Positions 1 through 9,503 of a DNA stretch of 64,000 bases are shown piece by piece. Source of the stretch: a virus (lineage: Duplodnaviria > Caudoviricetes); the IMG/VR virus record IMGVR_UViG_3300025316_001101; one strand, 5' to 3'. The notes beneath the pieces are model-generated. The model saw only the letters and a list, made by a program, of their open reading frames with translations, was not told where the DNA came from and searched no databases. The translations under genes were made by a program, and so were the position numbers. Every line of letters begins with the position of its first letter. Position 1 is the first letter of the stretch.

Positions 1-4
1 TTTT

Positions 5-550
5 GTGCATCCTCTCGAATATTGTCAATTTCAAGACCACATGTTTCAACCTATTACAAAAGAGCAGCTATTCTCTAGATCCAATGATATTTGTTTCATA
101 GGAGCATCTAGTCCTTGGCGTGCCAATCTTGTATGCAGTTTACTCCAAGACAAAAGATTAAAAGTAGACTGTTTTTGGCCATTCGTAAGAATCTCGCATG
201 ATGAATGGCTCAATCGCCATCGCCAAGCCAAAATGTTTATCGAAGCAGATGGTGGAGGATTTGGTAGTGAACGACCATACCAACTCATCACTATCGCTCC
301 CATGTTGCGACAACGCAATGACGAAAAGATGGCCTACCCCTGGACTGGAAATGTTAATTGTGTTGAAGTAGGTGACGTTTGGGGAGAAGTCACTACATCG
401 GAAATTGAAAACATCATATCGATTATCAGTGATTCAGATCGCCTTTACGAAATTTACATGAATGGCATCCAACACATGAATGCTAATTATTCAAAAACAG
501 CCCGCACCACGTACATCTTAAATACAATGAAAGCCAATACGATATTGTAG
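5..550 (+). CDS. Glycosyltransferase-like protein, GT-B/CgeB-type C-terminal part (probably begins upstream of the window)
   Basis: ORF track. The pattern 'FIEADGGGFGSERPYQ...APMLRQ...YPWTGNVNCV...LYEIYMNG' parallels the C-terminus of the 3560-4528 protein. Confidence 0.5.
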   Translation: MHPLEYCQFQDHMFQPITKEQLFSRSNDICFIGASSPWRANLVCSLLQDKRLKVDCFWPFVRISHDEWLNRHRQAKMFIEADGGGFGSERPYQLITIAPMLRQRNDEKMAYPWTGNVNCVEVGDVWGEVTTSEIENIISIISDSDRLYEIYMNGIQHMNANYSKTARTTYILNTMKANTIL

Positions 551-556
551 AATCAT

Positions 557-1267
557 CTATATCTTCCTAATTGCTCCCACAAATAAAGGCAAATCCACAC
601 CTACAGCGTGCCAAGTATTATTGCCATTTTCCCCACCTATAGAACTCACAAATGCACGAATTTCACTAGCTGGCACCGCCACCTCCTGCCACTCACCGGT
701 TGCTAATAATTCATTGTACACTTGTTGAGGTCCAACATACTGATTTCTAAAATCATGAAAAGCAATGATACCACCTACCGCCATTCTATTTCTAATTAAT
801 TCACATTCTGCTTTTACTAATTCATATTGATGTTGGTCGCTATCTAAAAAAGCATATGCTATGTTATCTTGTATTAAAGGGATGGCGTGCAATGAATAAT
901 CTCCCATAAGATGCGGACTTACATTTCCGTTACTTGCCTGCAAAACTCTATTACATACTTTGTCGCAGAAATCCACATCGTTCACATAAGCCCACGGCAT
1001 ATTTTCCGGCGATTCTTGGCACGCATGTTTCCACGCCTCTCGATTACTCAAATCGTAACAAGGATCAATTAAATGATGAGTTCTTCGCCCATTAAAACCA
1101 CAACTTGCCGCAATAGAAGACTTGCCAGCATGACTTCCGGTTTCAAATGTTGAGCCTTGCGGAGCCTGTGAGGCAATGTTATAAATTGCTACCATTTCAC
1201 AAACAGAAATAGCTCCTGGCGTGGCTTTGAATAATTCAATAATGTCTATTTTTGGTAAATTCATCAT
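557..1267 (-). CDS. Class I SAM-dependent methyltransferase (Methyltransf_24-like)
   Basis: Motifs 'FETGSHAGKSS', 'AYAFLDSDQHQYE' and 'GGIIAFHDF'. Confidence 0.75.
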   Translation of the reverse strand: MMNLPKIDIIELFKATPGAISVCEMVAIYNIASQAPQGSTFETGSHAGKSSIAASCGFNGRRTHHLIDPCYDLSNREAWKHACQESPENMPWAYVNDVDFCDKVCNRVLQASNGNVSPHLMGDYSLHAIPLIQDNIAYAFLDSDQHQYELVKAECELIRNRMAVGGIIAFHDFRNQYVGPQQVYNELLATGEWQEVAVPASEIRAFVSSIGGENGNNTWHAVGVDLPLFVGAIRKI

Positions 1268-2073
1268 GTTCCTTTTACGTCTGCTGGGTAGTGTATTCCT
1301 CCAGCTAATTTTACAAAATTCAATATTGCCTCGTATGGCAATACATTCAAATGGCCCAACACTCCGACCCTATATGTGTCCCAACAGAAAATCATATATT
1401 TTTCTATTTCTATTGGAGGATAAAATACATTAGATCCACAAGTAATTCCCAATACATGTTCCATCCATGATAATCTTCGCCTTTTGTCGCCATACTTAGA
1501 CCACATATAATCTGGATTTACTAAACATTTTTCAATTTCCGTAAAATCTAAAGTTGAATGATGGCATGCAAAAAATCTAGTAGAGGCCCACATGTGATCA
1601 AATTGCGGATCATTGACAGCATGAGGACTCCACGCACTAGGATACGATACAAATTTATAATTGTCTAATAAAGAAATAAGCCATTGAATATGCTGTGGAC
1701 CGCTGGTAAATGCAGCACAGTCAGCATCAAAATGAAAAATATAATCACCTCTCGCCATCATAAACGCATGAAGATAATTAATATCATTGAATTTATCGAA
1801 AATTCCTCCGTGATAATATTTTGTATGCTTTCTCAACACTACTACATCTGCCACCTCTCGTAATGTTGCCAAAACATCTGGTGGCACGTTATTGTGCTCA
1901 TCCACAAAAACAATTACTTCTATATCGAACCCATCTAAAAAAATTTTCTTGTTCTTAACTCCATCTGTTAAGAAATCTACAGATCGACACCCTTCATTCA
2001 TTTTTGTAAATGCGGTCTCTTGTTGCTCAAATCCACTTCTGGTATCGCAGTTTATAATACATGATATCTTCAT
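1264..2073 (-). CDS. GT-A fold glycosyltransferase-like protein
   Basis: N-terminal 'KISCIINCDT' strand, 'ARGDYIFHFDADC' with a DxD motif, and cluster context. Confidence 0.65.
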   Translation of the reverse strand: MKISCIINCDTRSGFEQQETAFTKMNEGCRSVDFLTDGVKNKKIFLDGFDIEVIVFVDEHNNVPPDVLATLREVADVVVLRKHTKYYHGGIFDKFNDINYLHAFMMARGDYIFHFDADCAAFTSGPQHIQWLISLLDNYKFVSYPSAWSPHAVNDPQFDHMWASTRFFACHHSTLDFTEIEKCLVNPDYMWSKYGDKRRRLSWMEHVLGITCGSNVFYPPIEIEKYMIFCWDTYRVGVLGHLNVLPYEAILNFVKLAGGIHYPADVKGT

Positions 2074-2076
2074 ATA

Positions 2077-2859
2077 CTATTTCCTTTTCAGAACCACTCT
2101 TTCAAAATTATATACATTCGCCATAACTCCACTAGACGACGTAATGATATAATCATGCTCAACAATAAATTTTTCTATATCTGCTAAACTATCTCCTTCT
2201 TTCTCCAAATGCAATGGATGCAATTCCAAAAAAATAATGGGATGGTTTTGTTCAATTACACTCGCAAGACCTTGAAGAACTTTTAGTTCGTGCCCTTCAA
2301 CGTCTATCTTTATAACATCTGGCATAAAACTCTCTCGACCGCACAGAGAATCACCAGTTGTTTTTTGCACCACAATCGCTCTGGTATCAGCCGTGTTCAA
2401 AGCCTGTTTCACAACAGCATGATCCCACTCAAAACCCATGTCTAAAGTACCAAAAGCATTTGATAAAGCTACATTCTCTGCACGAATCTTCAAATGACAA
2501 TTAGCTTGTATATTAATAGCTAATTTCGGATGTGCCTCTGGTGAGGGCTCAACAGCTACAGCTTGTTTGTTCTGTCCACTAGCTGCAAACGCAAGCGAAA
2601 ACACCCCATGATACGCCCCAACATCTAATAAAGCATGTCGATCTCTTGTCATAGACAAGAACCCGTCCATCTCTTCAACCATTGGTGGTGAACGGAAGCA
2701 AAAAAATTCAAATGGAAATCTTGATTCTGCACATATCTTGAACTTTATTCCGTCTCTTAAATAAAATTCATCTAAGGCCACGTTTTTATTCAAAGCTTCG
2801 TGCGATAATCTATATCTTTCCAACACTTCATCCATTATCATGGGTTTGCCTCTCTCCAA
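2077..2859 (-). CDS. FkbM-family methyltransferase
   Basis: Motifs 'LDVGAYHGVFS', 'VAVEPSP', 'NVALSN' and 'DVIKIDVEGHELKVLQG'. Confidence 0.85.
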   Translation of the reverse strand: MERGKPMIMDEVLERYRLSHEALNKNVALDEFYLRDGIKFKICAESRFPFEFFCFRSPPMVEEMDGFLSMTRDRHALLDVGAYHGVFSLAFAASGQNKQAVAVEPSPEAHPKLAINIQANCHLKIRAENVALSNAFGTLDMGFEWDHAVVKQALNTADTRAIVVQKTTGDSLCGRESFMPDVIKIDVEGHELKVLQGLASVIEQNHPIIFLELHPLHLEKEGDSLADIEKFIVEHDYIITSSSGVMANVYNFERVVLKRK

Positions 2860-3560
2860 AGTCTAATAAACACCGGCATCACTTGTCCCGTCTTACCACC
2901 GCCGTTAGCATGCACGACCATAGGTTCCGTTCCTGTTATTTTGTTCTTAATGCCGGTATTGCTTACCTCGTAATTTTCGAGCAACTCATCGTGCAAGGTT
3001 TGTGCTATTTCACACCTAACGTCTAATTTCATTGGCACCGGCTGCTGTGTGAACGCCTCCAAAAAATTATCTTGATCATTGGAATGGAACATTGACCCAT
3101 CTGGTTTTCTATAATCGTCCGGTTGTAATTCAAGTCTCAAGTGTTTCAACAACGCTATAATCGCCTCCGTCTCTCCTATAAAAAATCCAGAATTCAAATG
3201 TTTGAAAGGAGTGCCAACGTCTGGATACCTATCCGCCAGATCCGTTCTGGGGAATAAATTTCTTTCTGCATTAAAAACAATAGATGTATTAAATGGTAGA
3301 TATCTATTCAGAAGTTCTTCTGGATTTCTAGTGATCACCACGTCCCAACAATCCGAAAACACCATGTATTTATCTTTTACATTTCCGGCTAATAAGTATT
3401 CCAAAAGAAGCTTGGGTTTAGAGATCAATCCATTAAATCCTCCATGTTCCCCCAATACAATTGGATTGTTTCCATACTTCTTACACGACTTAAAAAAATC
3501 ATCATAGCAATAATATGGCTCTACCGGCTTTCTATTAGACACAGTAATTATTTTTATCAT
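2838..3560 (-). CDS. PLOD/LH3-type (procollagen glycosyltransferase-like) GT domain
   Basis: Motifs 'KPKLLLEYL', 'MVFSDCWDVV', 'IVFNAERNLFP', 'HLNSGFFIG', 'NDQ' and 'VVHANGGGK' match the N-terminal GT domain of PLOD proteins. Confidence 0.75.
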   Translation of the reverse strand: MIKIITVSNRKPVEPYYCYDDFFKSCKKYGNNPIVLGEHGGFNGLISKPKLLLEYLLAGNVKDKYMVFSDCWDVVITRNPEELLNRYLPFNTSIVFNAERNLFPRTDLADRYPDVGTPFKHLNSGFFIGETEAIIALLKHLRLELQPDDYRKPDGSMFHSNDQDNFLEAFTQQPVPMKLDVRCEIAQTLHDELLENYEVSNTGIKNKITGTEPMVVHANGGGKTGQVMPVFIRLWREANP

Positions 3561-4528
3561 TATAATACACTCCTAATGGATGGAATAAAATATTCGTCCA
3601 CATATCTTCTTGGGCGATACTTATCTGCTGTTTCTTGAGACCTTAAATATATTTCATATAAATCACTTCTTCGTGTTGCCTCTAGTAAATCGTCATGCAT
3701 GCAATCCCTACGAATGACTATACAGTTTACTCCGTGCTCAAAAGGATAAGACCACGCCAATTTATCATCTGTTAAAGCCATAATAGCCCCCACATTGGCT
3801 TCACTATGCCTAAAGCATTTCATACCACATCCCGGCAAACTCACACTAATTTTAGATCTACTTTGTGCCCTGATAATTTCACCGTAATGCACACGTGAGA
3901 AATGGGGTGTGAATATGCTAACCCACACCTTTCTTTCAGATGCGTTGTGATGGAAATATGTGTCTAGATGATCCCATTGTGAAATAATCCCGTAATTCTT
4001 TTTGGTAAAAATTTCACCATGCAATCTCGGACGAAGCGGATTTGACTCTCCCCAATTGTAAAACACATCTATTGACCTAGCATCGAATTCGTCCCTATTC
4101 TGAATTGGCTGAGCGTCCATATGGCAAAGATACTCTATTGGCTTCAATCGATTATTTGCATCTTTGGATAATAACTCTCTCTTAAAATACATAATGGGAG
4201 GACGGTTTCTAATAAATTCGTCAAACAGCATCCATTGATCAAAATTACTTTCCCACCTCTTTCGGAACTCACTTGTATTTTTGCCAAAAACATGCGTATC
4301 CACTGGCTGCCAATCCCAACAGTATTCGACAAAATCCACCAATACCCAAGGTTTGTTAATCCCTCTCAACGCCTCATTAAATCTATAATCATGAAAATAA
4401 GACACTCCCACAATTACAATATCGGCTTCATTTATATTAGAAACCACATTAAGATGACTGTATAGATGTGAAATTACTACCGACTCCATCCTATTATAGG
4501 AATCTGCATTTAGAATGAATACCCTCAT
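3560..4528 (-). CDS. GT-B fold glycosyltransferase-like protein (start trimmed from 4657 to the ATG of MRVFILN)
   Basis: Motifs 'YFKRELL', 'IDVFYNWG', 'SKISVSLPGCGMKCFRHSEA' and 'YPFEHGVNCI'. Confidence 0.65.
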   Translation of the reverse strand: MRVFILNADSYNRMESVVISHLYSHLNVVSNINEADIVIVGVSYFHDYRFNEALRGINKPWVLVDFVEYCWDWQPVDTHVFGKNTSEFRKRWESNFDQWMLFDEFIRNRPPIMYFKRELLSKDANNRLKPIEYLCHMDAQPIQNRDEFDARSIDVFYNWGESNPLRPRLHGEIFTKKNYGIISQWDHLDTYFHHNASERKVWVSIFTPHFSRVHYGEIIRAQSRSKISVSLPGCGMKCFRHSEANVGAIMALTDDKLAWSYPFEHGVNCIVIRRDCMHDDLLEATRRSDLYEIYLRSQETADKYRPRRYVDEYFIPSIRSVL

Positions 4529-4785
4529 TACTCTGTACCTTTCAACGTTTGTAAAAGCTAAATGTGAAATGTTGTGTGGCGTTCTATGTGCGTACTTTGG
4601 GAATATCGTTGGCTGTCTATGATTTGCGTTTATCTTTCCGTTTCTCTTTCCGTTCATGCGGCCACTCCCGTCTCACTGGTTCACCAAACACGGGTCTGGC
4701 AAACACGGCTACGCAATTCGTGCCTGTTCCCTCTTCCCTTAATTTAAGCCACTCTTGAAATGTAGTGTGTTTCATTTTTATTTCC

Positions 4786-5250
4786 TTACATCATTCCACC
4801 CAATGCACCCGGAGGCCCTGCCGCAGCACCACCCATTGGGCCACCACCGGGCAATCCTCCTCCACCAGCACCCGACAAACCCTGGGTGACCATTTGGTTG
4901 AATTGTTGAATAGGTATCGTGTATACCCTTGTATCTGATTTATCGTCTGGAATTTTGGCGTACTGATCTCCGAACTTCTTGTACACTTTCCTGGTCTTGA
5001 TTGCCGGATCATTGTTTAGCTGGACCTTTACGGCTGTAATCTTGTTATCACCATCCCGCATAATATCTACCACTGTATAACCACTCAAATTATACGTGTT
5101 TCCGCCCAAAGTGAAATTGCTTAAAACTTGCGGACTTTTCTTCAATAGGTCTGGATCAATACCCAATTCGTCCTGTATTTGAGAGAAATAGTCCGCAGGT
5201 TTTGGGGCCTGCAATTCCATGAAATTCTTAAACGACAGATTGTTCATCAT
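4786..5250 (-). CDS. Hypothetical protein with CTS-like N-terminus (MMNNLSFKNFME) and Gly/Pro-rich tail
   Basis: ORF track with trimmed start; TATATA lies just upstream. Confidence 0.6.
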   Translation of the reverse strand: MMNNLSFKNFMELQAPKPADYFSQIQDELGIDPDLLKKSPQVLSNFTLGGNTYNLSGYTVVDIMRDGDNKITAVKVQLNNDPAIKTRKVYKKFGDQYAKIPDDKSDTRVYTIPIQQFNQMVTQGLSGAGGGGLPGGGPMGGAAAGPPGALGGMM

Positions 5251-5282
5251 GAAATATATATCACTGAAAGCTAGATAATAAC

Positions 5283-5726
5283 ATGGATACATTGTCATTC
5301 AAACTCTTCATGAAAGAGGCTGTAGAAAAGGACCGCATCAAAGATATGATCGAAGGTAACAACTTCGTTCTTTTCTTTCGTAAAGCAGGAGAGATTTACG
5401 GTGCTCCAGAAGAAAGCCGATTAGTCTTCGCTAGGATGAAGAATCCTGATAATGACCTACCATCCGGCTGGGTAAAAGAAGCCAATTTTGTAGCCGTCAA
5501 CTTCGACAAGGCACTCAAAGGAGAAAAGGTTCGCAACATCTTCACCCATAAAGATTTGAAATCCATCGAAATACTCGATAAAGATGAAGCTTGCAAGGCC
5601 CTCTGCGCAAAGGCCGACAAACTTCCCGATGACAAGAAACAGATCAAAAAAGATCTCAAAGAACCAAAAGATTCCGATGAGTCGCCCGCCAAAGCAGCCA
5701 ATATGGACAAGCTAGGAGAAAGATGA
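5283..5726 (+). CDS. Hypothetical protein with CTS-like N-terminus (MDTLSFKLFMKEA)
   Basis: ORF track; TAGATA at 5272-5277. Confidence 0.6.
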   Translation: MDTLSFKLFMKEAVEKDRIKDMIEGNNFVLFFRKAGEIYGAPEESRLVFARMKNPDNDLPSGWVKEANFVAVNFDKALKGEKVRNIFTHKDLKSIEILDKDEACKALCAKADKLPDDKKQIKKDLKEPKDSDESPAKAANMDKLGER

Positions 5727-6391
5727 GCCTCCCATTCGAGCCAGAAAAAAACAAACGCAAATACCAGTGTTTTGTTTGTGGCGTTCAATTCGATGATTTT
5801 TTCGAATACAAAACCCACATTCCCGAAAAACACGAAGAGGGCCGGGAATATGTTCTTTGCCCACTAGACAGGTGTAAAGCCCCAGTGCGAGATGTTAAAC
5901 TGCATTTTAAGGTAGCCCACCCTAAAGAATCATTGCCCAAAGGCTGTATGATGAAAGCCATGATTTGGAAGGATTTCTCCTCAAAAGGTAAAGGTAAAAC
6001 CAAGAAGCCCAACTACAGAGAAGGAGATTACGCTTCAGTTAAAATGAACATGATGTTCCATTATCGATCCGGCTACGAAGAACAGGTGTATAATTGTCTG
6101 GACATTCTAACAGAAGTCCACGCCTTTGCCGCCGAGCCGTTCAAAATCCCCTATATATTCAATGGAGAGACACATCACTATACGCCAGACATATTAGTCT
6201 CATTTACTAATGGCAATAAAGAAGTCTGGGAGATTAAACCAGCCAACCAAACTAATCTTCCAGTCAATAAGGCTAAATGGGCCGCAGCAGAAGTGGCTTG
6301 TAAACTACGTGGATGGAACTTCAAAGTTATTACCGAGCAAGAAATACAAAAGCTCAAAAAACAAGTAAATGAACAACATGTAGAGATGTGA
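5723..6391 (+). CDS. C2H2 zinc-finger plus TnsA-like/T4 gp4-like (head completion) endonuclease
   Basis: N-terminal 'CFVC...H...H' and 'CPLDRC...H...H'; nuclease motifs 'YRSGYE', 'EPFKIPY', 'YTPDILV' and 'EIKP'. Confidence 0.75.
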   Translation: MSLPFEPEKNKRKYQCFVCGVQFDDFFEYKTHIPEKHEEGREYVLCPLDRCKAPVRDVKLHFKVAHPKESLPKGCMMKAMIWKDFSSKGKGKTKKPNYREGDYASVKMNMMFHYRSGYEEQVYNCLDILTEVHAFAAEPFKIPYIFNGETHHYTPDILVSFTNGNKEVWEIKPANQTNLPVNKAKWAAAEVACKLRGWNFKVITEQEIQKLKKQVNEQHVEM

Positions 6392-6405
6392 TAGTCTGGC
6401 CAATC

Positions 6406-6951
6406 TTACAACATAGGCACTCCTTTACGACGAATAATTACCAAGTCGTCATGCCTTGATTTTACATTTCGTAAATCGTATAAATCACAATTCGCAAAGG
6501 AGCTTTTAAGCAACAAAGCTTCATCAATAGAAGCAACATCTTCTATGATAATTTTACCGTTTGATTTTAATAATTTATGGTAATGATTCAATGTAAATTT
6601 TTGGGTTTCAAAAGAATGAGGCCCATCATCTATGATAATATCAAATTTACCAAATTGTTCCACAGTCGCTATCTGGTAAGCGTCCCCTATTACAATGGAA
6701 TAGTTACTACCCACTTGCGGAATCAATAAATCACTAGCATTAGAATCTATTCCTGTAATTCTTCCATTTGGAAAAAACTTAGACCAAAGTAGAACACTAT
6801 GCCCTTTACCGACTCCAATTTCTAACAAATCGATTTTATCGTATTGGGATAAAATCTTATCATAAACCATAGAAATGTAACAGTGACGGGTTTCTTTATC
6901 GGTTGTTGGGAAAAGACTTGTGTTTTCTAAATAGAACTGTAATAATCTCAT
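6406..6951 (-). CDS. Class I SAM-dependent methyltransferase (start trimmed from 7158)
   Basis: Motifs 'LLEIGVGKGHS', 'ITGIDS', 'FDIIIDDGPH' and 'GKIIIEDV'. Confidence 0.8.
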   Translation of the reverse strand: MRLLQFYLENTSLFPTTDKETRHCYISMVYDKILSQYDKIDLLEIGVGKGHSVLLWSKFFPNGRITGIDSNASDLLIPQVGSNYSIVIGDAYQIATVEQFGKFDIIIDDGPHSFETQKFTLNHYHKLLKSNGKIIIEDVASIDEALLLKSSFANCDLYDLRNVKSRHDDLVIIRRKGVPML

Positions 6952-7031
6952 CGCTCCACCATAACGTAATAGCAACATCCTGCTACAATAAGTATGATGT
7001 CGTTTGTCAGTAATATATCGCAATGTAAACG

Positions 7032-7060
7032 AAAACGCCCGGCCATAGGCCGGGCGTTTT
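7032..7060. terminator. GC-rich hairpin terminator
   Basis: aaaacgcccggcc-ata-ggccgggcgtttt. Confidence 0.7.
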
Positions 7061-7066
7061 CTTGCA

Positions 7067-7399
7067 TTAACGCATGCAATGCTTGCGATGATGTTTGTGG
7101 TGATGTCTATGGTGTCCGTGATGCTTGTGGCCTTTATGGGCCTTGCCTTGACAACCATGATGGCGATGATGCTTTCCAGCCTTCTTCACTACATCCTTCT
7201 TGGCTACGTCCTTCTTGGCTACGTCCTTCTTGGCTACGTCCTTCTTGGCTACGTCCTTCTTGGCTACGTCCTTGTGACCATCCTTATGCTTTGCCACAAC
7301 GGGCTTAGATTTGGGATCGGCCTTGGTGGGTTGATGCGGAGCACCAAATCCAACAACAGACATACATGCAAACAAAATCAATGCTAATACGTATTTCAT
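7067..7399 (-). CDS. Small secreted Lys/His-rich protein with KKDVA repeats
   Basis: Signal-peptide-like N-terminus, KKDVA tandem repeats and a His-rich C-terminus. Confidence 0.65.
   Translation of the reverse strand: MKYVLALILFACMSVVGFGAPHQPTKADPKSKPVVAKHKDGHKDVAKKDVAKKDVAKKDVAKKDVAKKDVVKKAGKHHRHHGCQGKAHKGHKHHGHHRHHHKHHRKHCMR
7195..7269. repeat. 15-nt tandem repeat x5 (ccttcttggctacgt)
   Basis: Five perfect units read directly from the sequence; they encode KKDVA on the minus strand. Confidence 0.95.
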
Positions 7400-7463
7400 A
7401 CGTTTCTCCTAAAAAAGGTTGATATTAGTATTAAACCCCGGATATGTAATAAAGTTTCGAAAA

Positions 7464-7928
7464 TTATGTGTCTCTACTAACATTTCCCTTACATTGACAC
7501 CCGCTACCGCACTTTTGGACCACTTTATTAACTTCTTCAGTCTCCGCCGCTCGATCATGAAGGTGACGAATAGCCTTTTCCGACTCCTTACGACGTTCTC
7601 CGAAACGTCGCATTAACGTTTCGGATCTTTCCATATCGAACTTCTGATACACATCAATGTCGCCATTAACATCAATAGCATCAGTTTCATATGGTCCAGC
7701 CACACGGCGTTCGTATTCTGCTTTAACCGCCGTAAGCACACCGAGAGTCCTATTGATGGCATAATATCTCCAACCGCCTTCTGGTTTCATTACCCTATTA
7801 GTAATTGTGGTTAGCACATAATTTAGCACACCCTCAATTTCGTCTTCAGAAAAACTCTCTAAATCATTAACAATTTCTCTGATAGAATCTTTAAGTTGTT
7901 TGCGGTATTTTTTCTTTATATAAGGCAT
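7464..7928 (-). CDS. Conserved phage hypothetical protein
   Basis: The pattern 'MPYIKK...GVLNYVLT...YYAINRTLGVL...EYERRVAGPYE...NGDID' is familiar from phage nucleotide-metabolism regions. Confidence 0.6.
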   Translation of the reverse strand: MPYIKKKYRKQLKDSIREIVNDLESFSEDEIEGVLNYVLTTITNRVMKPEGGWRYYAINRTLGVLTAVKAEYERRVAGPYETDAIDVNGDIDVYQKFDMERSETLMRRFGERRKESEKAIRHLHDRAAETEEVNKVVQKCGSGCQCKGNVSRDT

Positions 7929-7936
7929 GATTTCTC

Positions 7937-8329
7937 CTATCGACTTATTACTTGGTACATTGGTTCAACATACACTGGTTTTGGCGTATCTTTAACGGTA
8001 AAGTCATTGTTGTTCAATGCCTTTTGTGCTTCTATCCACTCTTTTTGAGCCACATCCAATCGGTCATAACTCCCACAACTTTCTGTTCCATCCTGTATAT
8101 TCACATATACATGATACTTCCCATCCTTGTGAATGATTGCGTCTCCGCTAGCACATCCCAAAAATGATTTCCCTTCATTCACATATAAAGGCACAATCGG
8201 AGCTACTTTGCTTTTTAGCTCCTTGGTGGCAAAATTGACAAATGCCAATATGCCAGATTCTTGTTCTACAGTAAATCCATCGCCCTCTTCAGACAAAAAT
8301 TTGTACATCAATTTTTTAAGTTCGTTCAT
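7937..8329 (-). CDS. Hypothetical protein
   Basis: ORF track; tight packing within the operon. Confidence 0.55.
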   Translation of the reverse strand: MNELKKLMYKFLSEEGDGFTVEQESGILAFVNFATKELKSKVAPIVPLYVNEGKSFLGCASGDAIIHKDGKYHVYVNIQDGTESCGSYDRLDVAQKEWIEAQKALNNNDFTVKDTPKPVYVEPMYQVISR

Positions 8330-9118
8330 TTAATCACCTTTCGTTACCCTAATTGAATCACTATCCAAATGCTGAGTAGAAGTTTCTAAAAGTATAGAAT
8401 CTTCCTCAGCAAACATCTGATGTCGCATTCCTGGCGGAACATGGAATGTCGTCTCTGGCACCAAAATAATTGTTGCAGCTTGGGTAATATCATCCACATT
8501 ACCGTAAGTCAATCGCAACCTTCCCGACTGTAAGAAAAACGTCTCATCTTTTCTTACATGATAATGCCAAGAACATTGCTTGTGCTTATTGAATTTTAGT
8601 ATTTTACCACAGTATAAATGGTTGTTTGTCATCCATGTTTCTGATCCCCATCCTTTGGGAACATATGTCATTCCTCTCGACAGACTATCTTCATCTGTAA
8701 TTAGCACATCACTTTCTGGCAACTCGGTACTTGCATCCTCATTTACAACCGACGCAGGCAAATTATCTAATTCCTTCGGCAACAACCCGATCCGTATCAT
8801 CTCCTGTGTTTCCAAAAGGCAGGCAGAGTTCCACATAATTGCACTCAAATGATCTTCATCTTTCATTCCGGCCATAAATTTGAATGCATGTCGCATCATG
8901 GAATCTAAGTATCGACGCAATGGAATGCCTTTACGCCAATTGTCATCTCCATACTTTTGGCTGCCGTTTTCAAAATGCTGTGCTAAACGAGTAATAGCAT
9001 AGTATGGCAGCAAATCAAAGCGACCTTTCCCCTCCTGGGTATCTCGAACAGCACCGGTGCCAAATTCCTGTCGCTTACCAGAGTCTACAACTTTATTAAA
9101 TTGTTGCATAAGTCTCAC
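8330..9118 (-). CDS. dATP/dGTP diphosphohydrolase (DUF5664-type) fused to a cupin domain
   Basis: N-terminal 'GAVRD...GKGRFDLLP...GSQKYGDDNWRKGIP...DHLSAIMWN'; C-terminal 'PKGWGSE...CSWHYHVRKDETF...PPGMRHQM...ETST'. Confidence 0.8.
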   Translation of the reverse strand: MRLMQQFNKVVDSGKRQEFGTGAVRDTQEGKGRFDLLPYYAITRLAQHFENGSQKYGDDNWRKGIPLRRYLDSMMRHAFKFMAGMKDEDHLSAIMWNSACLLETQEMIRIGLLPKELDNLPASVVNEDASTELPESDVLITDEDSLSRGMTYVPKGWGSETWMTNNHLYCGKILKFNKHKQCSWHYHVRKDETFFLQSGRLRLTYGNVDDITQAATIILVPETTFHVPPGMRHQMFAEEDSILLETSTQHLDSDSIRVTKGD

Positions 9119-9191
9119 CTACATAAAAATGTATATTCGGAATGGATAATCGTTAATTGTATGCTATGATAGAAGAAAGGTCAAGACTAAC

Positions 9192-9503
9192 ATGAAACAA
9201 CCAATTTGTAAAAATTGTAAACTATTCGACGCCAAGCAAAAACGCTGCGCAGTCATTGTCATCTACGAAGGCGAAAAGTACAACTTACCAGTTGAAGCCA
9301 ATGATTCATGTTTTTACGAAAATGAATTCCTAGCGTTGAATGAAGAAAACCAAATTGAAACCTTCAAACCAAACATCCAAGAAGTGAAGTTCTGGGTTGA
9401 AGATCCGATAACCGGCGAAAAGACGGATAAACCGGGCAAAGTTCGCATTGAATATCCCGTTGGATTCTTTGGAGACGAAAAACAGATTATTGATCTACCA
9501 TAG
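9192..9503 (+). CDS. Hypothetical protein with N-terminal Cys motif
   Basis: ORF track; 'CKNC...C...C'. Confidence 0.55.
   Translation: MKQPICKNCKLFDAKQKRCAVIVIYEGEKYNLPVEANDSCFYENEFLALNEENQIETFKPNIQEVKFWVEDPITGEKTDKPGKVRIEYPVGFFGDEKQIIDLP

Noticed and set aside
7195-7269. CRISPR array
   Set aside because: These are 15-nt head-to-tail repeats with no spacers, inside a coding sequence; no cas genes are present.
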